From the NCBI GenBank assembly GCA_018304425.1, contig JAGVWE010000002.1, positions 288,001-352,000 on the forward strand: a stretch of DNA of 64,000 nucleotides, in the 5' to 3' direction. Positions 63,999 through 64,000 of the stretch are shown one piece after another (within the stretch, counting starts at the first letter, position 1; each line of letters opens with the position of its first letter). Source of the stretch: Candidatus Iainarchaeum sp. (GTDB lineage: Archaea > Iainarchaeota > Iainarchaeia > Iainarchaeales > UBA10219). The position numbers and the translations under genes are program-made. The notes under the pieces are model-generated. The model saw only the letters and a list, made by a program, of their open reading frames with translations. It did no database searches and had not been told where the DNA came from.

Positions 63999-64000
63999 TT

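Overview
A gene-dense archaeal chromosome segment. The gene set (archaeal DnaG, RadA, RPA, Pus10, RtcA, S19e-L39e-L31e-aIF6-LX-prefoldin-FtsY cluster, SRP54, class III pilins) and the many divergent orphans suggest a DPANN lineage, possibly Iainarchaeota/Diapherotrites (inference). It carries three tRNA genes: Val-TAC with an unusual C8/G14/G21 core, Gly-GCC, and Gly-TCC with a 98-nt BHB intron. Other features are a probable HgcC-like ncRNA upstream of RNase P subunit Rpp21, a Fic/YbaK/MNT stress island, a lipoprotein cluster, a Tad-like type IV pilus locus flanked by KaiC-like proteins and a lone receiver, and a copper/redox cluster (CopA, YHS, CcdA-like, Met-rich protein, two proteins ending in LPxMVGGC, membrane-anchored wHTH regulators) next to an orphan HypC-like gene. 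The most striking signal is a family of ~100-bp triloop-hairpin arrays with a shared RCCTTTTTACAA end. All four copies lie in parts of pre-tRNAs that are normally excised: two 5' leaders, one intron and one 3' trailer. No CRISPR array, rRNA, integrase or transposase was seen. All family assignments are from motif recognition by eye, not from database searches.
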